From: an uncultured Eubacterium sp.
GTDB lineage: Bacteria; Bacillota; Clostridia; Lachnospirales; Lachnospiraceae
Length of the DNA: 64,000 nt
Direction: 5' to 3'
Assembly (NCBI GenBank): GCA_947088865.1
Contig: CAMUHY010000019.1
Coordinates: 2,185 to 66,184, forward strand
This document shows, one piece after another, positions 1 to 10,544 of this stretch. Position 1 is the first letter of the stretch; each line of letters begins with the position of its first letter. A program made the position numbers and the translations under genes. The notes beneath the pieces are model-generated. The model was not told the origin of the DNA. It did no database searches and saw only the letters and a program-made list of their open reading frames with translations.

Positions 1-1221
1 CATAATACAAGTAGCAATACTTGTCCCAAAAAAGAGATTATCTGGAAGCTGAATTATACAGTCTATATAATTATTATCAATCAAATATTTACGAATTTTT
101 TGTTCTGCACCGCCTCGATACATCACACCTGGAAAACATACAATAGCAGCTACTCCATTTGTTGCAAGCCATGACAAAGAGTGCATAATAAATGCCAAAT
201 CTGCTTTTGACTTTGGTGCTAAAACGCCAGCAGGAGAAAAACGCTCATCATTAATAAGAAGTGGATTATCATTCCCTTCCCAATGGATAGAATATGGCGG
301 ATTAGAAACAATTGCCTCAAATGGCTCATCATTCCAATGTTGTGGTTCTGTCAATGTATCTCCATGTGCAATACTAAATTTTTCATAACCTATATCATGT
401 AAAAACATATTAATGCGGCAAAGATTATATGTTGTAATATTAATTTCCTGTCCAAAAAATCCCTGTCTCACATTTTCTTTTCCCAATACTTTTGCAAACT
501 TCAACAAAAGTGAACCACTGCCACAAGCAGGGTCATAAACTTTATTTACTTCCTTTTTTCCTATCACAGTAATTCTTGTAAGAAGTTCTGAAACTTCCTG
601 TGGTGTATAATATTCCCCTCCGCTTTTTCCAGCATTGGAAGCATACATTCCCATTAAAAACTCATATGTATCACCAAACGCATCAATCGTATTATCTTGA
701 TAATCGCCAAGTTTCATATCTGCAACACTGTTAAGAAGTTTAACCAACTTTTCATTTCTTTTTGCAACAGTACCGCCAAGCTTATTACTATTAACATCAA
801 TATCATCAAATAATCCCTTTAAAGCGCCTTCACTATCATAACCTTGCGCTGAGGTTTCAATATTACGAAATGCCTTTTCCAATGTTTCATTTAAATTTTC
901 ATTATTTTGTGCATTTTCTTTCACATTGCAAAAAAGCTCACTTGGCAAAATAAAATAGCCTTTTGACTGTATTAAATCTTCTCTTGCTTCTTCGGCATCT
1001 ATATCTGTCAATTCTGCATAATCAAACTGAATATTTCCTGCGTCTATTTCTCCTGCATTTACATATTTTACAAAATTTTCTGAAATATATCGGTAAAACA
1101 ATATGCCTAATACATATTGTTTAAAATCCCAACCATCTACACTGCCTCTAAGGTCATTTGCCATATTCCATATGGTACGATGGAGTTCATCTCGTTCTAG
1201 TTCTTTCTTGTTATCAATCAT
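1..1221 (-). CDS. hsdM: Type I restriction-modification system methyltransferase subunit M (5' part; runs off the left edge)
   Basis: Manual translation from the ATG at 1221 gives [45 protein letters not shown]. It later contains [11 protein letters not shown] (motif I) and VSNPPYS (motif IV), and is still open at position 1 ([13 protein letters not shown]). Confidence 0.93.
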   Translation of the reverse strand, partial: MIDNKKELERDELHRTIWNMANDLRGSVDGWDFKQYVLGILFYRYISENFVKYVNAGEIDAGNIQFDYAELTDIDAEEAREDLIQSKGYFILPSELFCNVKENAQNNENLNETLEKAFRNIETSAQGYDSEGALKGLFDDIDVNSNKLGGTVAKRNEKLVKLLNSVADMKLGDYQDNTIDAFGDTYEFLMGMYASNAGKSGGEYYTPQEVSELLTRITVIGKKEVNKVYDPACGSGSLLLKFAKVLGKENVRQGFFGQEINITTYNLCRINMFLHDIGYEKFSIAHGDTLTEPQHWNDEPFEAIVSNPPYSIHWEGNDNPLLINDERFSPAGVLAPKSKADLAFIMHSLSWLATNGVAAIVCFPGVMYRGGAEQKIRKYLIDNNYIDCIIQLPDNLFFGTSIATCIM

Positions 1222-1435
1222 CTATTTATAGTCCTTCCTAAATTCAACAGATACTATCTGACAAATTTAATCCTCCTTTTCCATAATACTATTTTTATAT
1301 TCTTCCATAATTTTATCTAATTCCGGCTTATAATTTTTATTATACTCTATATCTTGTTTTAGCAAAATAAAAAACAATACAATAGACAAAAAAATAAAAA
1401 ATATATCATATGGAACTAATGTAAATATATTATCC

Positions 1436-2125
1436 TTACAATTCTATTAAATTTCCTTCTTTAAAATAATAAATATTTTCTTTCTTATAGCCAAAAACAG
1501 AATTTTCAATACCAATATGCGGTTCAAAAGTAAACAATGCCACATCGGAAAGTTTGGTATGATTTCCTTTTTCAATATAAATCCGGTCAGCTTTGTCCTT
1601 CACAATAGAATGTCCCAAATTTCCAAGAAAATCAAGATTGATATAACCATTTTGAACAATAAAATTATTGACATAAAAATACAATTCTTCAAATGTTGTA
1701 TTGGTTGTTACAAACTGTTTCATTTCCAAATGTAATTTTTCCTGCATTTGTAAGCCATGTTTCCACTCAACATTATGGATAGCTTCTATATCATTTACAA
1801 CTTGTCCATTTTCTACAATAATTGTTCTTGCAAAATCACCCCATATATTATTATTTTGAGGACTTAAATCAATGGTAATAATATCATTATCTTGAATTGT
1901 TTTATTGGATGTCTGATAGTTTTTGCCAGATACTGAAATAGCCGTTTCATCACCAGAAAAACAAAAGGCTCCAATATCCCAATACCAAAATGAAGTAGCT
2001 CCTAACTCTATCATTTTTTCTTCACATTTTTGACGAATATCTATCAGATTCATTTCTGGTTTGATAACCTGTTTTATATAATTTATGGTCTGTTTTGCAA
2101 TGTTTTGAACTTGTAAATAATCCAT
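1436..2125 (-). CDS. M24 family metallopeptidase (aminopeptidase P/MetAP fold)
   Basis: Metal-ligand pattern IDLSP..GDFART, GHS and FEPH..ENIY. Confidence 0.8.
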   Translation of the reverse strand: MDYLQVQNIAKQTINYIKQVIKPEMNLIDIRQKCEEKMIELGATSFWYWDIGAFCFSGDETAISVSGKNYQTSNKTIQDNDIITIDLSPQNNNIWGDFARTIIVENGQVVNDIEAIHNVEWKHGLQMQEKLHLEMKQFVTTNTTFEELYFYVNNFIVQNGYINLDFLGNLGHSIVKDKADRIYIEKGNHTKLSDVALFTFEPHIGIENSVFGYKKENIYYFKEGNLIEL

Positions 2126-2185
2126 ATAACTCCCCTATTTTGATTTAAACTGTATTTTTATTGAAACTTGATATATTAAACAGAA

Positions 2186-2212
2186 AAGCGGATAGTTACA
2201 ATCCGCTTTTTT
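2186..2212. terminator. Intrinsic terminator downstream of parC
   Basis: AAAAGCGGAT-agttaca-ATCCGCTTTT inverted repeat with A/T tracts on both sides. Confidence 0.7.
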
Positions 2213-2233
2213 ATTTGTTTACAACTTATTTTT

Positions 2234-4546
2234 CTATATTCTTATTTTCGTTCCCTTTGTATCCCTATGAGCCATCTTCATCTTTCCAAAATCAACCATT
2301 TTTCCCTTATAATCCATTGAGAGAATGTCTCCATTTGCAATAAGATACACTTCCTCTAAATAATCATCTTTCCCAAGCTTAATGCTTCGTACCCCAACAG
2401 CGCTTTTTTTCTTTATTGGTATTTCTGTAAGTGGAAATTTCAAAAATACGCCATTTGCTGTCTGCACAATGACATTTTGTTCACTTGTTATTACTTCCTC
2501 TTCTATAATTTGTCCTTCATAGTTAAATTTAGAAAACAATTCCACTTTGACATCCGTAAACAATATATCAAGCACTTTATCATTATCTGTAAGTTTGGTA
2601 GCGGTAACGGTTTTTTTTGCGACATCAAATTCATCGGTTTGAACCAGTTTCATCATACCTAATTTTGTGACAAATAATAATTTTTGATTTTTTATCCTTG
2701 CTGCCTCGCATAGAAAAATCATTTGCTCATCACTGCTGTTAAAATTCCCTAAATTATCAATCGGTGTTCCTTTATCTCGGAATTTCGTGCTAAAAGGAAT
2801 ATCTTTTACTTTAATTTGATGAAACATTCCTGTATCGGTAAAAATACATATTTTATCGTTGTTCATACAAGAAAAAATGTATTTATACTCATTATGCACG
2901 GCTTCTTTATTTCGCTCATAAGCAGTCTTATCAATGGTCTTGGCATAGCCAAACCGGTCCATAATAAACATAACCTCCGTTGCTGGCACTTCCTTTTCAA
3001 CCACCACTGCTGCCTTGCCGTCTTCAATCACCGTTTTTCTCTCAAAGCCATATGATTTTTTAATTTTTTGCAAATCGGCTTTAATTACTTTTGCCATTTC
3101 TTTTTTGCTGTTCAATATTTTTTCGTACTCTGCAATTTTTTTCAGACATTCATCATATTCTTTTTGCAGTGAAAGAATTTCAAGACCAATCAGCTTATAT
3201 AATCGCATCTCTAAAATCGCTGCTGCCTGCCTTTGTGTAAAATCCAGCTTCATTGCCTGTTTTTTTGATTTTTCGGTCTTAAACTTAATCCCTTCTACAA
3301 TACCATCCGTCAAACACTCTTTTGCCATTTTCAAATTGGTGCTTCCTCTTAAAATCTCAATAATTAAATCAATCATATCACAGGCTCTTATCAATCCTTC
3401 TTTGATTTCCTTATTATCAAGTTCTTTCTGGAGAAGTGTGGTATATTTTCTTGTCGCCAAATCATATTGAAAATCAATATGGTGTTGAATAATACTTTTA
3501 ATTCCCAACGTTTTAGGTCTTTTATCGACAATCGCAAGCATATTGACGCCAAATGTATCCTCAAGTTTTGTCTTTTTATAAAGAATATTTTTTAAATTTT
3601 CTACATCGGCATTTTTCTTTAATTCTAATACAATTCGTATTCCCTCTTTAGAAGACTCATTCGACACATCAACGACATCGGTTATCTTCTTTGTCTCAAT
3701 CAAATCGACAATATCGGATATAAATTTTCCAATATTAACACCTATCATCGTATATGGAATTTCGGTGATAACAAGCTTATCCTTATCCGCACGCCTTGCC
3801 GCCTGCTCCAATTCCACTTTGCCGCGAATCTTAATCTTTCCTGTGCCATGTTCATAAATATCAAGCAATTCTGATTTATTAATCACTATGCCGCCTGTTG
3901 GAAAATCAGGACCAGGTATATACTCCATCAACTCTTTTGTTGTAATATCTTCATTATCCATACAAGCACATACTGCATCGACTACTTCCCCCAAATTGTG
4001 TGTGGGAATATTTGTTGTCATACCCACAGCAATGCCGTCTGCACCATTTACCAATATATTCGGTACTCTCACAGGCAGCACTTCAGGTTCTTTTTCGGTC
4101 TCATCAAAATTGGGAACAAAATCAACCACATTTTTATCCAAATCAGCAAGATAAACTTCCTGTGTAAACTTTTTCAGCTTTGCTTCTGTATAACGCATGG
4201 CAGCCGCTCCATCACCTTCAATAGAGCCAAAATTTCCATGCCCGTCCACAAGAGCCATCCCTTTTTTAAAATCTTGGGAAAGCACAACAAGCGTCTCATA
4301 TATGGAACTATCGCCATGCGGATGATATTTACCCATTGCATCGCCGACAATACGAGCCGATTTTCGATGTGGTTTATCATAATTTAACCCAAGCTGGTCC
4401 ATCGCATACAATACTCGCCTCTGAACGGGCTTTAGTCCATCCCTTATGTCTGGAAGCGCTCTTGCTGTGATAACGCTCATTGAATAATCAATAAACGACT
4501 TTTGCATTAACTCTGAATATTCTGTTTTAATTATATTTTCTGCCAT
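2234..4546 (-). CDS. parC: DNA topoisomerase IV subunit A (ParC/GyrA family)
   Basis: RALPDIRDGLKPVQRR, YHPHGDSSIY and AAMRYTE (catalytic Tyr). No GyrA box is evident in the C-terminal domain. The start is placed at MAENII (4546, GGGGA RBS) rather than at the ORF-track start 4612. Confidence 0.85.
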   Translation of the reverse strand: MAENIIKTEYSELMQKSFIDYSMSVITARALPDIRDGLKPVQRRVLYAMDQLGLNYDKPHRKSARIVGDAMGKYHPHGDSSIYETLVVLSQDFKKGMALVDGHGNFGSIEGDGAAAMRYTEAKLKKFTQEVYLADLDKNVVDFVPNFDETEKEPEVLPVRVPNILVNGADGIAVGMTTNIPTHNLGEVVDAVCACMDNEDITTKELMEYIPGPDFPTGGIVINKSELLDIYEHGTGKIKIRGKVELEQAARRADKDKLVITEIPYTMIGVNIGKFISDIVDLIETKKITDVVDVSNESSKEGIRIVLELKKNADVENLKNILYKKTKLEDTFGVNMLAIVDKRPKTLGIKSIIQHHIDFQYDLATRKYTTLLQKELDNKEIKEGLIRACDMIDLIIEILRGSTNLKMAKECLTDGIVEGIKFKTEKSKKQAMKLDFTQRQAAAILEMRLYKLIGLEILSLQKEYDECLKKIAEYEKILNSKKEMAKVIKADLQKIKKSYGFERKTVIEDGKAAVVVEKEVPATEVMFIMDRFGYAKTIDKTAYERNKEAVHNEYKYIFSCMNNDKICIFTDTGMFHQIKVKDIPFSTKFRDKGTPIDNLGNFNSSDEQMIFLCEAARIKNQKLLFVTKLGMMKLVQTDEFDVAKKTVTATKLTDNDKVLDILFTDVKVELFSKFNYEGQIIEEEVITSEQNVIVQTANGVFLKFPLTEIPIKKKSAVGVRSIKLGKDDYLEEVYLIANGDILSMDYKGKMVDFGKMKMAHRDTKGTKIRI

Positions 4547-4619
4547 TCTTTTAATCCCCATTTCTATGCCATTTTTGTACAAAAAATCACTCAATTGATT
4601 TCTTTGATACAATTAAAAT

Positions 4620-6566
4620 TTATGAATCAATTTCAGCTTCGCTGGCATGTGCATATATAAATTCTCTTCTTGGCGGAACATCACTGCCCATCAGCATGGA
4701 TGTAATCTCTGTCGCCATTCTGGCATCTTCAATCTCGACCTGTTTTAATATTCTTGTTTCCGGATTCAATGTAGTCTCCCACAATTGTTCCGGGTCCATC
4801 TCGCCCAACCCTTTATACCGCTGCAATGTAAAAGAACCGCTTGCATGTTTTGCTTTATATTTTTCTAATGCTTTATCATCATAAAGATATTGACTATCGC
4901 TTTTTTTACTGCCCTTTTTGCTTTTATCCGATTTTTTTAGCTCCGCCTTATACAATGGAGGTGTTGCAATATATACATGTCCTTGATTGATAAGTTCCGG
5001 CATAAAACGGTAAAAAAACGTCAATAGAAGCGTATCAATATGCGCGCCGTCTACATCGGCATCCGTCATAATAATAATCTTATTGTAGCGCAATTTTGAT
5101 ATATCAAAATCATTTCCATACCCTTCTAAAAATCCACAGCCAAACGAATTAATCATCGTCTTAATTTCCGCATTTGCTAAAACTTTATCAATAGATGCCT
5201 TCTCCACATTTAAAATTTTGCCTCGTATTGGTAAAATAGCCTGTGTCCTTCTATTGCGGGCTGTTTTAGCAGAACCTCCTGCGGAGTCTCCCTCCACAAT
5301 AAATACTTCGCATTCCTCTGGATTTTTACTTTCACAATTTGCCAATTTGCCGTTAGAATCAATTGAAAATTTAGGCTTTACCAAAAGATTCGTCTTTGCT
5401 TTCTCCTCCGCCTTTCGTATCTTTGCTGATTTTTCAGCACAGGCAATTACCGCTTTAAGCTGCTCTAAATTTCGGTCAAAATACAATTGAACTTCATCTC
5501 CAGTAATCGTACTTACTACGGTTCCTGCATCGGGATTATCAAGCTTTGTCTTCGTTTGACCTTCAAATCGTGGCTCTGGATGCTTGACAGCAACAATTGC
5601 TGTCATACCATTTCTTACATCTAAACCTGTAAAATTATTATCTTTTTCCTTTAATATGCCAAGCTCTCTTGCATACTGATTGATAATCATTGTAAACTTT
5701 GTCTTAAATCCTGTAATATGTGTGCCTCCTTCTTGTGTGTAAATATTATTACAAAATCCAAGTATATTTTCTTCAAACTCATTGACATACTGAAAAGCAA
5801 CCTCAACCTCAATTCCATCTTCAACCTTTTTAAAATAGACAAGGTCATTGATTACTTCTTTGCCATTATTCAACTCTTTGACATAAGCCTTAATTCCATC
5901 TGGCTCATAATAGGTTATCTTTTCTTCACTGCCAATACGCTTATCTTCATAGACGATTGTAAGATTAGGATTAAGATAAGCCGTTTCATGGAGTCTGCTC
6001 TTAATAGACTCTCCCTTAAATCGTACTTTTTCAAATATTTCATCATCTGGCAAAAATGTTACAATTGTACCTGTATCATTTTTTCTACAAGTGCCAATCT
6101 GCTTTAATTGTTCTATGGGTTTGCCTTTTTCATACCGCTGAAAATAAACTTGTCCATCAACATGCACTTCCACTTCCAACCATATTGATAACGCATTGAC
6201 AACCGATGCACCTACACCGTGAAGTCCTCCTGAAATTTTATATCCTCCATCACCAAATTTGCCACCTGCATGAAGCATTGTAAAGACGACTTCAACAGCA
6301 GGTATTCCAGCCTTTGGGTGGATTCCCACTGGTATGCCTCGTCCATTATCTTTTACCGTAGCTGTTCCATCATTATTTAATATAACATTTATCTGAGAAC
6401 AATATCCCGCAAGATGTTCATCTACCGCATTATCTGCAATTTCGTATATCAGATGATTTAATCCTTTTGTTCCAACACTTCCTATATACATTCCCGGACG
6501 CAGCCTTACAGCTTCAAGTCCTTCTAATATTGATATGCTATTTGCATCATAACTTTGCTTTGTCAT
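4620..6566 (-). CDS. parE: DNA topoisomerase IV subunit B (ParE/GyrB family)
   Basis: LEGLEAVRLRPGMYIG, GGLHGVGASVVNALS, VEGDSAGGSAK, DADVDG and QRYKGLGEM. Confidence 0.88.
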   Translation of the reverse strand: MTKQSYDANSISILEGLEAVRLRPGMYIGSVGTKGLNHLIYEIADNAVDEHLAGYCSQINVILNNDGTATVKDNGRGIPVGIHPKAGIPAVEVVFTMLHAGGKFGDGGYKISGGLHGVGASVVNALSIWLEVEVHVDGQVYFQRYEKGKPIEQLKQIGTCRKNDTGTIVTFLPDDEIFEKVRFKGESIKSRLHETAYLNPNLTIVYEDKRIGSEEKITYYEPDGIKAYVKELNNGKEVINDLVYFKKVEDGIEVEVAFQYVNEFEENILGFCNNIYTQEGGTHITGFKTKFTMIINQYARELGILKEKDNNFTGLDVRNGMTAIVAVKHPEPRFEGQTKTKLDNPDAGTVVSTITGDEVQLYFDRNLEQLKAVIACAEKSAKIRKAEEKAKTNLLVKPKFSIDSNGKLANCESKNPEECEVFIVEGDSAGGSAKTARNRRTQAILPIRGKILNVEKASIDKVLANAEIKTMINSFGCGFLEGYGNDFDISKLRYNKIIIMTDADVDGAHIDTLLLTFFYRFMPELINQGHVYIATPPLYKAELKKSDKSKKGSKKSDSQYLYDDKALEKYKAKHASGSFTLQRYKGLGEMDPEQLWETTLNPETRILKQVEIEDARMATEITSMLMGSDVPPRREFIYAHASEAEIDS

Positions 6567-6575
6567 TTTATCTCC

Positions 6576-7574
6576 TTACTTTACATGGGAATTAAATACA
6601 TCTTCAAAACTTTTATCCATTATCACCATACCAGACACATTGCATTGTTCCCACAATTCTTGATTAAAACAAATATATTTTTGCGCCTCGTAAGGCTCAA
6701 ACATTTCATTAAATGAATCTAATTTTTTCTTTTCTAATATTGCTACTTTATTTGCTTCTGTCTTTGATTTTTCATTATCACTATTGCATTTTATAATGTA
6801 ATACTTTCCGTTTACCTCAACAATATCGCTAACTTCACCGCTTTTAAGATTATAGGCGGCTTTCTCAAATGTTTCATCAAGTTCACCTCTTCGGCATTCC
6901 CGCTCATACTCGCCCTGATTGACATCTTTTGCTACGACATAAAAAATTTCATTATTATCCAATCGAGTCTTTGCTGCATCAATCTTTTCTTTCGTATCTG
7001 CACATATATATTGAATGGTAATTACTCTTGCATCATCTAAACTAATCTCTGCTGCAAAATCATCCGTACAATCATTGTAAAGAGCTGCTGCCTTTGCAAA
7101 GCATGTAAACATATTTTTTACTTTCTCTTTTGTGATTCCATATTTATCAATCACACCTAAATTAAGGGCGGCAAAATATTCATCTGTGGCAGCCTCAATG
7201 CCGTCCTTTACATTCCGGGACAGAGCAACGCCTGTCTCATCTGCCATCAAATTCATGCAATACACTCGAATCAATTTTGCTTTCACTTGCTCCTTGACAT
7301 AATCATTAAATGTGACATCTTCAATGTTTTGATTCCAAATACTGCTTCCAAATAATTTTTCATATTCTTTTTTGGCATCGGCAAGCAACAAATTCGCTTC
7401 CATAACATCTGCTTTCATCGTATCTACCTTAAATAATTCCGTCTCTTTAAATCCCGTAGAAATATAAATAAATTTTCCATTCCAAAACTTAATATACGCA
7501 AATATTCCCAACGCAATTATTGCTATCAAAAAAACTGCTATAAAATCCCATCTTCTTCTTTTTTTTCTTCTCAT
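6576..7574 (-). CDS. Membrane-anchored parvulin-type peptidyl-prolyl isomerase (PrsA/SurA-like)
   Basis: N-terminal basic stretch plus TM helix; C-terminal rotamase signature (FEKAAYNLKSGEVSDIVE..GKYYIIK). Confidence 0.75.
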   Translation of the reverse strand: MRRKKRRRWDFIAVFLIAIIALGIFAYIKFWNGKFIYISTGFKETELFKVDTMKADVMEANLLLADAKKEYEKLFGSSIWNQNIEDVTFNDYVKEQVKAKLIRVYCMNLMADETGVALSRNVKDGIEAATDEYFAALNLGVIDKYGITKEKVKNMFTCFAKAAALYNDCTDDFAAEISLDDARVITIQYICADTKEKIDAAKTRLDNNEIFYVVAKDVNQGEYERECRRGELDETFEKAAYNLKSGEVSDIVEVNGKYYIIKCNSDNEKSKTEANKVAILEKKKLDSFNEMFEPYEAQKYICFNQELWEQCNVSGMVIMDKSFEDVFNSHVK

Positions 7575-7977
7575 TTAATACTCCAATCTTAATTCTACAT
7601 CACTTATATTGAACTATCATTTATTTTTATAAATCATAATCAATAAATCTTATACCCCATTTATACTAGTAAATTCCATAAAAATAAAATAATTCTTACC
7701 ATTTGATAATTACTATTGAATCTCATTAGGAAAGAATTAGACTTGCTTGATTAAAAAATATCATCTTTTTGTACAAACAGAGTCATTATACACCATTATT
7801 TGTTAAAATCCAACCATGTATTTGGTTTTAAACAGCAAATCAAAGAAAAATCCTTTTTTAATTGCTATATAAAATATCAATCAAAACACATTTTTAATAT
7901 ATTTTAGCAAACCTCTATCATTAATATACCATATAAAACATATGTTCGGCAACTACTATTTTTATAATATATTTTGC

Positions 7978-8065
7978 AAACCAAATGAACAGACAATTCG
8001 GCTGCAAATATGTCCGTTTAGCTCGTTGTTTGCGCAAATAAATAACAGGCAGCCGAATTTTCCAG
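7978..8065. repeat. Intergenic palindromic repeat, family A copy 1
   Basis: AATTCGGCTGC...GCAGCCGAATT inverted repeat enclosing GCAAATATGTCCG; the core is shared with 16501-16560. Confidence 0.55.
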
Positions 8066-8090
8066 ATGCCTGTTATCATAAAACTATATT

Positions 8091-8375
8091 TTATTCTATT
8101 TCTATCTTTTTATGTTTTTTTACTTTTAATATCAATTCACTGAATAAAACCAAACCTTTTTTCTCAAACTTTCTTGAAAAATTAACAAGCAACAATATAA
8201 TAGGCGTAATTAGCCATTCTCCGCCAACAGCCTCATAACCTCTTTGATTACACACACATTCCACAACCCACATTGTAAGCAAAGTGCCTATTACAAGACA
8301 TACCCCGTTTTTCAAAATAAAAAATTTCATCGTAGAGTCTCCCATTCTTTGCGTCTTACTTAAGATTTTTGTCAA
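8091..8375 (-). CDS. Small phage-like membrane protein (RGYxAxGGE motif)
   Basis: Two hydrophobic segments around QRGYEAVGGEW; lies downstream of the Cro-like gene. Confidence 0.55.
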   Translation of the reverse strand: MTKILSKTQRMGDSTMKFFILKNGVCLVIGTLLTMWVVECVCNQRGYEAVGGEWLITPIILLLVNFSRKFEKKGLVLFSELILKVKKHKKIEIE

Positions 8376-8396
8376 AAGAATGAACCTTATCTTATA

Positions 8397-8810
8397 TTAA
8401 TTGCTGCTTATAACACTTGCCTCACTTGAAATGTCAAGCAGTTGATTAATAGCCTCAATAACTGCTTTATCATAGCTGCCATTAATCACTAATGACACTC
8501 TATCTCTATTATAACCAACCAATGATGCCAACTGATTTACTTGATTGATTCCCCTATCAATCATAGCCTTGCGAACAGATTTTATCCAATCTTCTGAAGG
8601 TATTTGAGGTCTTTCTGGAAGCTCCTTAATTTTCAGCACATGATTAATTTCTGTCACTATTTTGATAAAATTCTTTTTGCCATAACGCCCATTGATAACC
8701 ATTGAAATGGTTGTACTACAATACCCCGTCTTATCTGCAAGTTGTTTCAAATTCATTTCCTCATCAATCATCGCTTTGCGAACTTCCTTGCTCCACTTGG
8801 ATAATTTCAT
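8397..8810 (-). CDS. Tandem two-domain XRE/Cro-like HTH protein
   Basis: Two internally similar HTH repeats (WSKEVRKAMID..LADKTGY..TISMVING and WIKSVRKAMID..LASLVGY..RVSLVING). GGAGG RBS before the ATG at 8810. Confidence 0.8.
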   Translation of the reverse strand: MKLSKWSKEVRKAMIDEEMNLKQLADKTGYCSTTISMVINGRYGKKNFIKIVTEINHVLKIKELPERPQIPSEDWIKSVRKAMIDRGINQVNQLASLVGYNRDRVSLVINGSYDKAVIEAINQLLDISSEASVISSN

Positions 8811-9041
8811 TTGTATATCACCTCCTATGTATTCTAAAATATATGTATTTTTACGTATTTGCGTGTTATAATAAACAAAACACTCTTTTGCAACTCGTAA
8901 ATAATAGAAAAACAACGCATTAAAACTCGCAATTTTGATATATTTGTTTTTCTTATCTGCATTTTATCACGCAATAACGAATTTGTAAATAATTAATTCG
9001 CAAATGAGTGTTTATTTTTTATAAACTGATGGGGGTAAGCT

Positions 9042-9407
9042 ATGGAAATCATTGAGCGAATTTACCAAATATTAGACGAAACAGACAAAAAAGCAGTTGA
9101 TTTATGTAATGTGCTTAAAATACGCACCTCTACAATGTCAACTTGGAAAATCAGGGTAAACGACCCACCCGCCAAATATATGAAAACGATTGCAAACTTT
9201 TTAGGGGTGTCATTAGATTACCTTCTTACAGGTGAAGAAACGCCTTCCAAAAAAACAACTTCTTTGGATGAAGATGAAATGTTAGAATTATATCGAATGT
9301 TACCAGACGCAAAAAAATATGAGTTTAAAGGAGAAATAAAAGGGTACTTAAAAGCTATGACTGAAACACAAAAATATCTTGATAAGGAAAAAAGATTATC
9401 CGTTTAG
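9042..9407 (+). CDS. XRE-family (CI-like) HTH repressor
   Basis: HTH with IANFLGVSLDYLLTG; divergent from the Cro-like gene. Confidence 0.85.
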   Translation: MEIIERIYQILDETDKKAVDLCNVLKIRTSTMSTWKIRVNDPPAKYMKTIANFLGVSLDYLLTGEETPSKKTTSLDEDEMLELYRMLPDAKKYEFKGEIKGYLKAMTETQKYLDKEKRLSV

Positions 9408-10020
9408 CATGGTACCTTTTATAATTTGATTGTAATGGATACATGAAATGTTATGATAAATATTATATAAAAATAACAAAGACTATGAAAAAAAATCTAT
9501 AAATTAAAATTCCTATGATAATGATACAAATAAATATCATGTTTGATTAATTTTCAACTATACTTTGTATATATCAACGTTTTTTTAGTATGCCAATAGC
9601 AGGTGAGAAAATTCCACCTATTATTGACATACTTTTTTCTATTCTAGAAAGTTGGTGAAAACTTAATTAATCTATTTTATTACAAATATTTAGATAAAAC
9701 ATAAAATGATGATTAAACAGATACCTTTAATACTAATTTATTTAAAACTTTCTATACATGTGAGTGAGATAATGACACAATTCAAAATAATTTTAATATC
9801 ATAAATAAAATCGAAGTAATAACTCCTGTTTTATACATTTCAATTTTGCTTTTATTAAGGAAAGTTAATAACTAAATCTCTTTAATATAAAAATCAAAAA
9901 GAACAAAATAATTTCATAGCAATTTTTGACAAGATATGATATAATTCTTTCTAATCAGATTAGAACAACGTAGGGATAGTCTGGTGATTGCTCTTTCTGG
10001 AAACAGAAGGGGGGGGTTCT

Positions 10021-10101
10021 ATGAATACATTAGAAGTATTAATACTACTATTAGTAGTATTTGCCGCCTTGACTTACATAGACAATCACCACAAAAAGTA
10101 A
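10021..10101 (+). CDS. Candidate type I toxin, 26-aa single-TM peptide MNTLEVLILLLVVFAALTYIDNHHKK
   Basis: Manual translation. G-rich RBS (GAAGGGGGGG) upstream, hydrophobic core and basic C-terminus. Extended -10 TGATATAAT at 9937-9945. Confidence 0.7.
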   Translation: MNTLEVLILLLVVFAALTYIDNHHKK

Positions 10102-10212
10102 AATGGCTATCTCCTACGCCAAATAGGAGATAGCCTGTTGTAACTCTTAAACATCGTTTATTAGTTTCCGGTGGCAATCATCGGACAGGTCAATATCCTT
10201 TGATTGTTTCTA
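10100..10212 (-). ncRNA. Candidate antisense antitoxin RNA
   Basis: Minus-strand promoter TTGCAA(10241-10246)-17 nt-TATAAT(10218-10223) points toward the toxin 3' end. A perfect 12-bp hairpin GGCTATCTCCTA/TAGGAGATAGCC lies at 10105-10135. Confidence 0.55.
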
Positions 10213-10259
10213 AGATGATTATAAACAATTTCTTGCATATTTGCAAGTGAAAAGTTTAG

Positions 10260-10292
10260 AAAATGGGGATGTTTTTCGCATCCTCATTTTTT
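10260..10292 (-). terminator. Probable terminator in the intergenic region downstream of metA
   Basis: AAAATGGGGATG-tttttcg-CATCCTCATTTT imperfect inverted repeat. Confidence 0.5.
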
Positions 10293-10544
10293 ATAGCTTT
10301 TTTCATTTTTAGAATAATCTTTTAACATAAAACTCTTTCTTTATTACTAATATTATATTTTATATATAATAAATTATATAAATTTGTCTCCATTTAAAAA
10401 TTTAAAATCTCCATTTTATCTCCACTAAAAAGCTATAAAAGACTAATTTATGCTAAAATATGCCATAAATTATAGCATTTTAATTTTTCACACACTACTT
10501 CTTAATCCCTTTAAACACCATACAAATCGTTATTTTAAGCCATT

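Noticed and set aside
4547-4612. Extended N-terminus of ParC given by the ORF track
   Set aside because: The family-typical start and an RBS fit the ATG at 4546. Similar over-long starts were trimmed for the HIT, DUF5688-like, copA, Cro-like and ABC ATPase genes.
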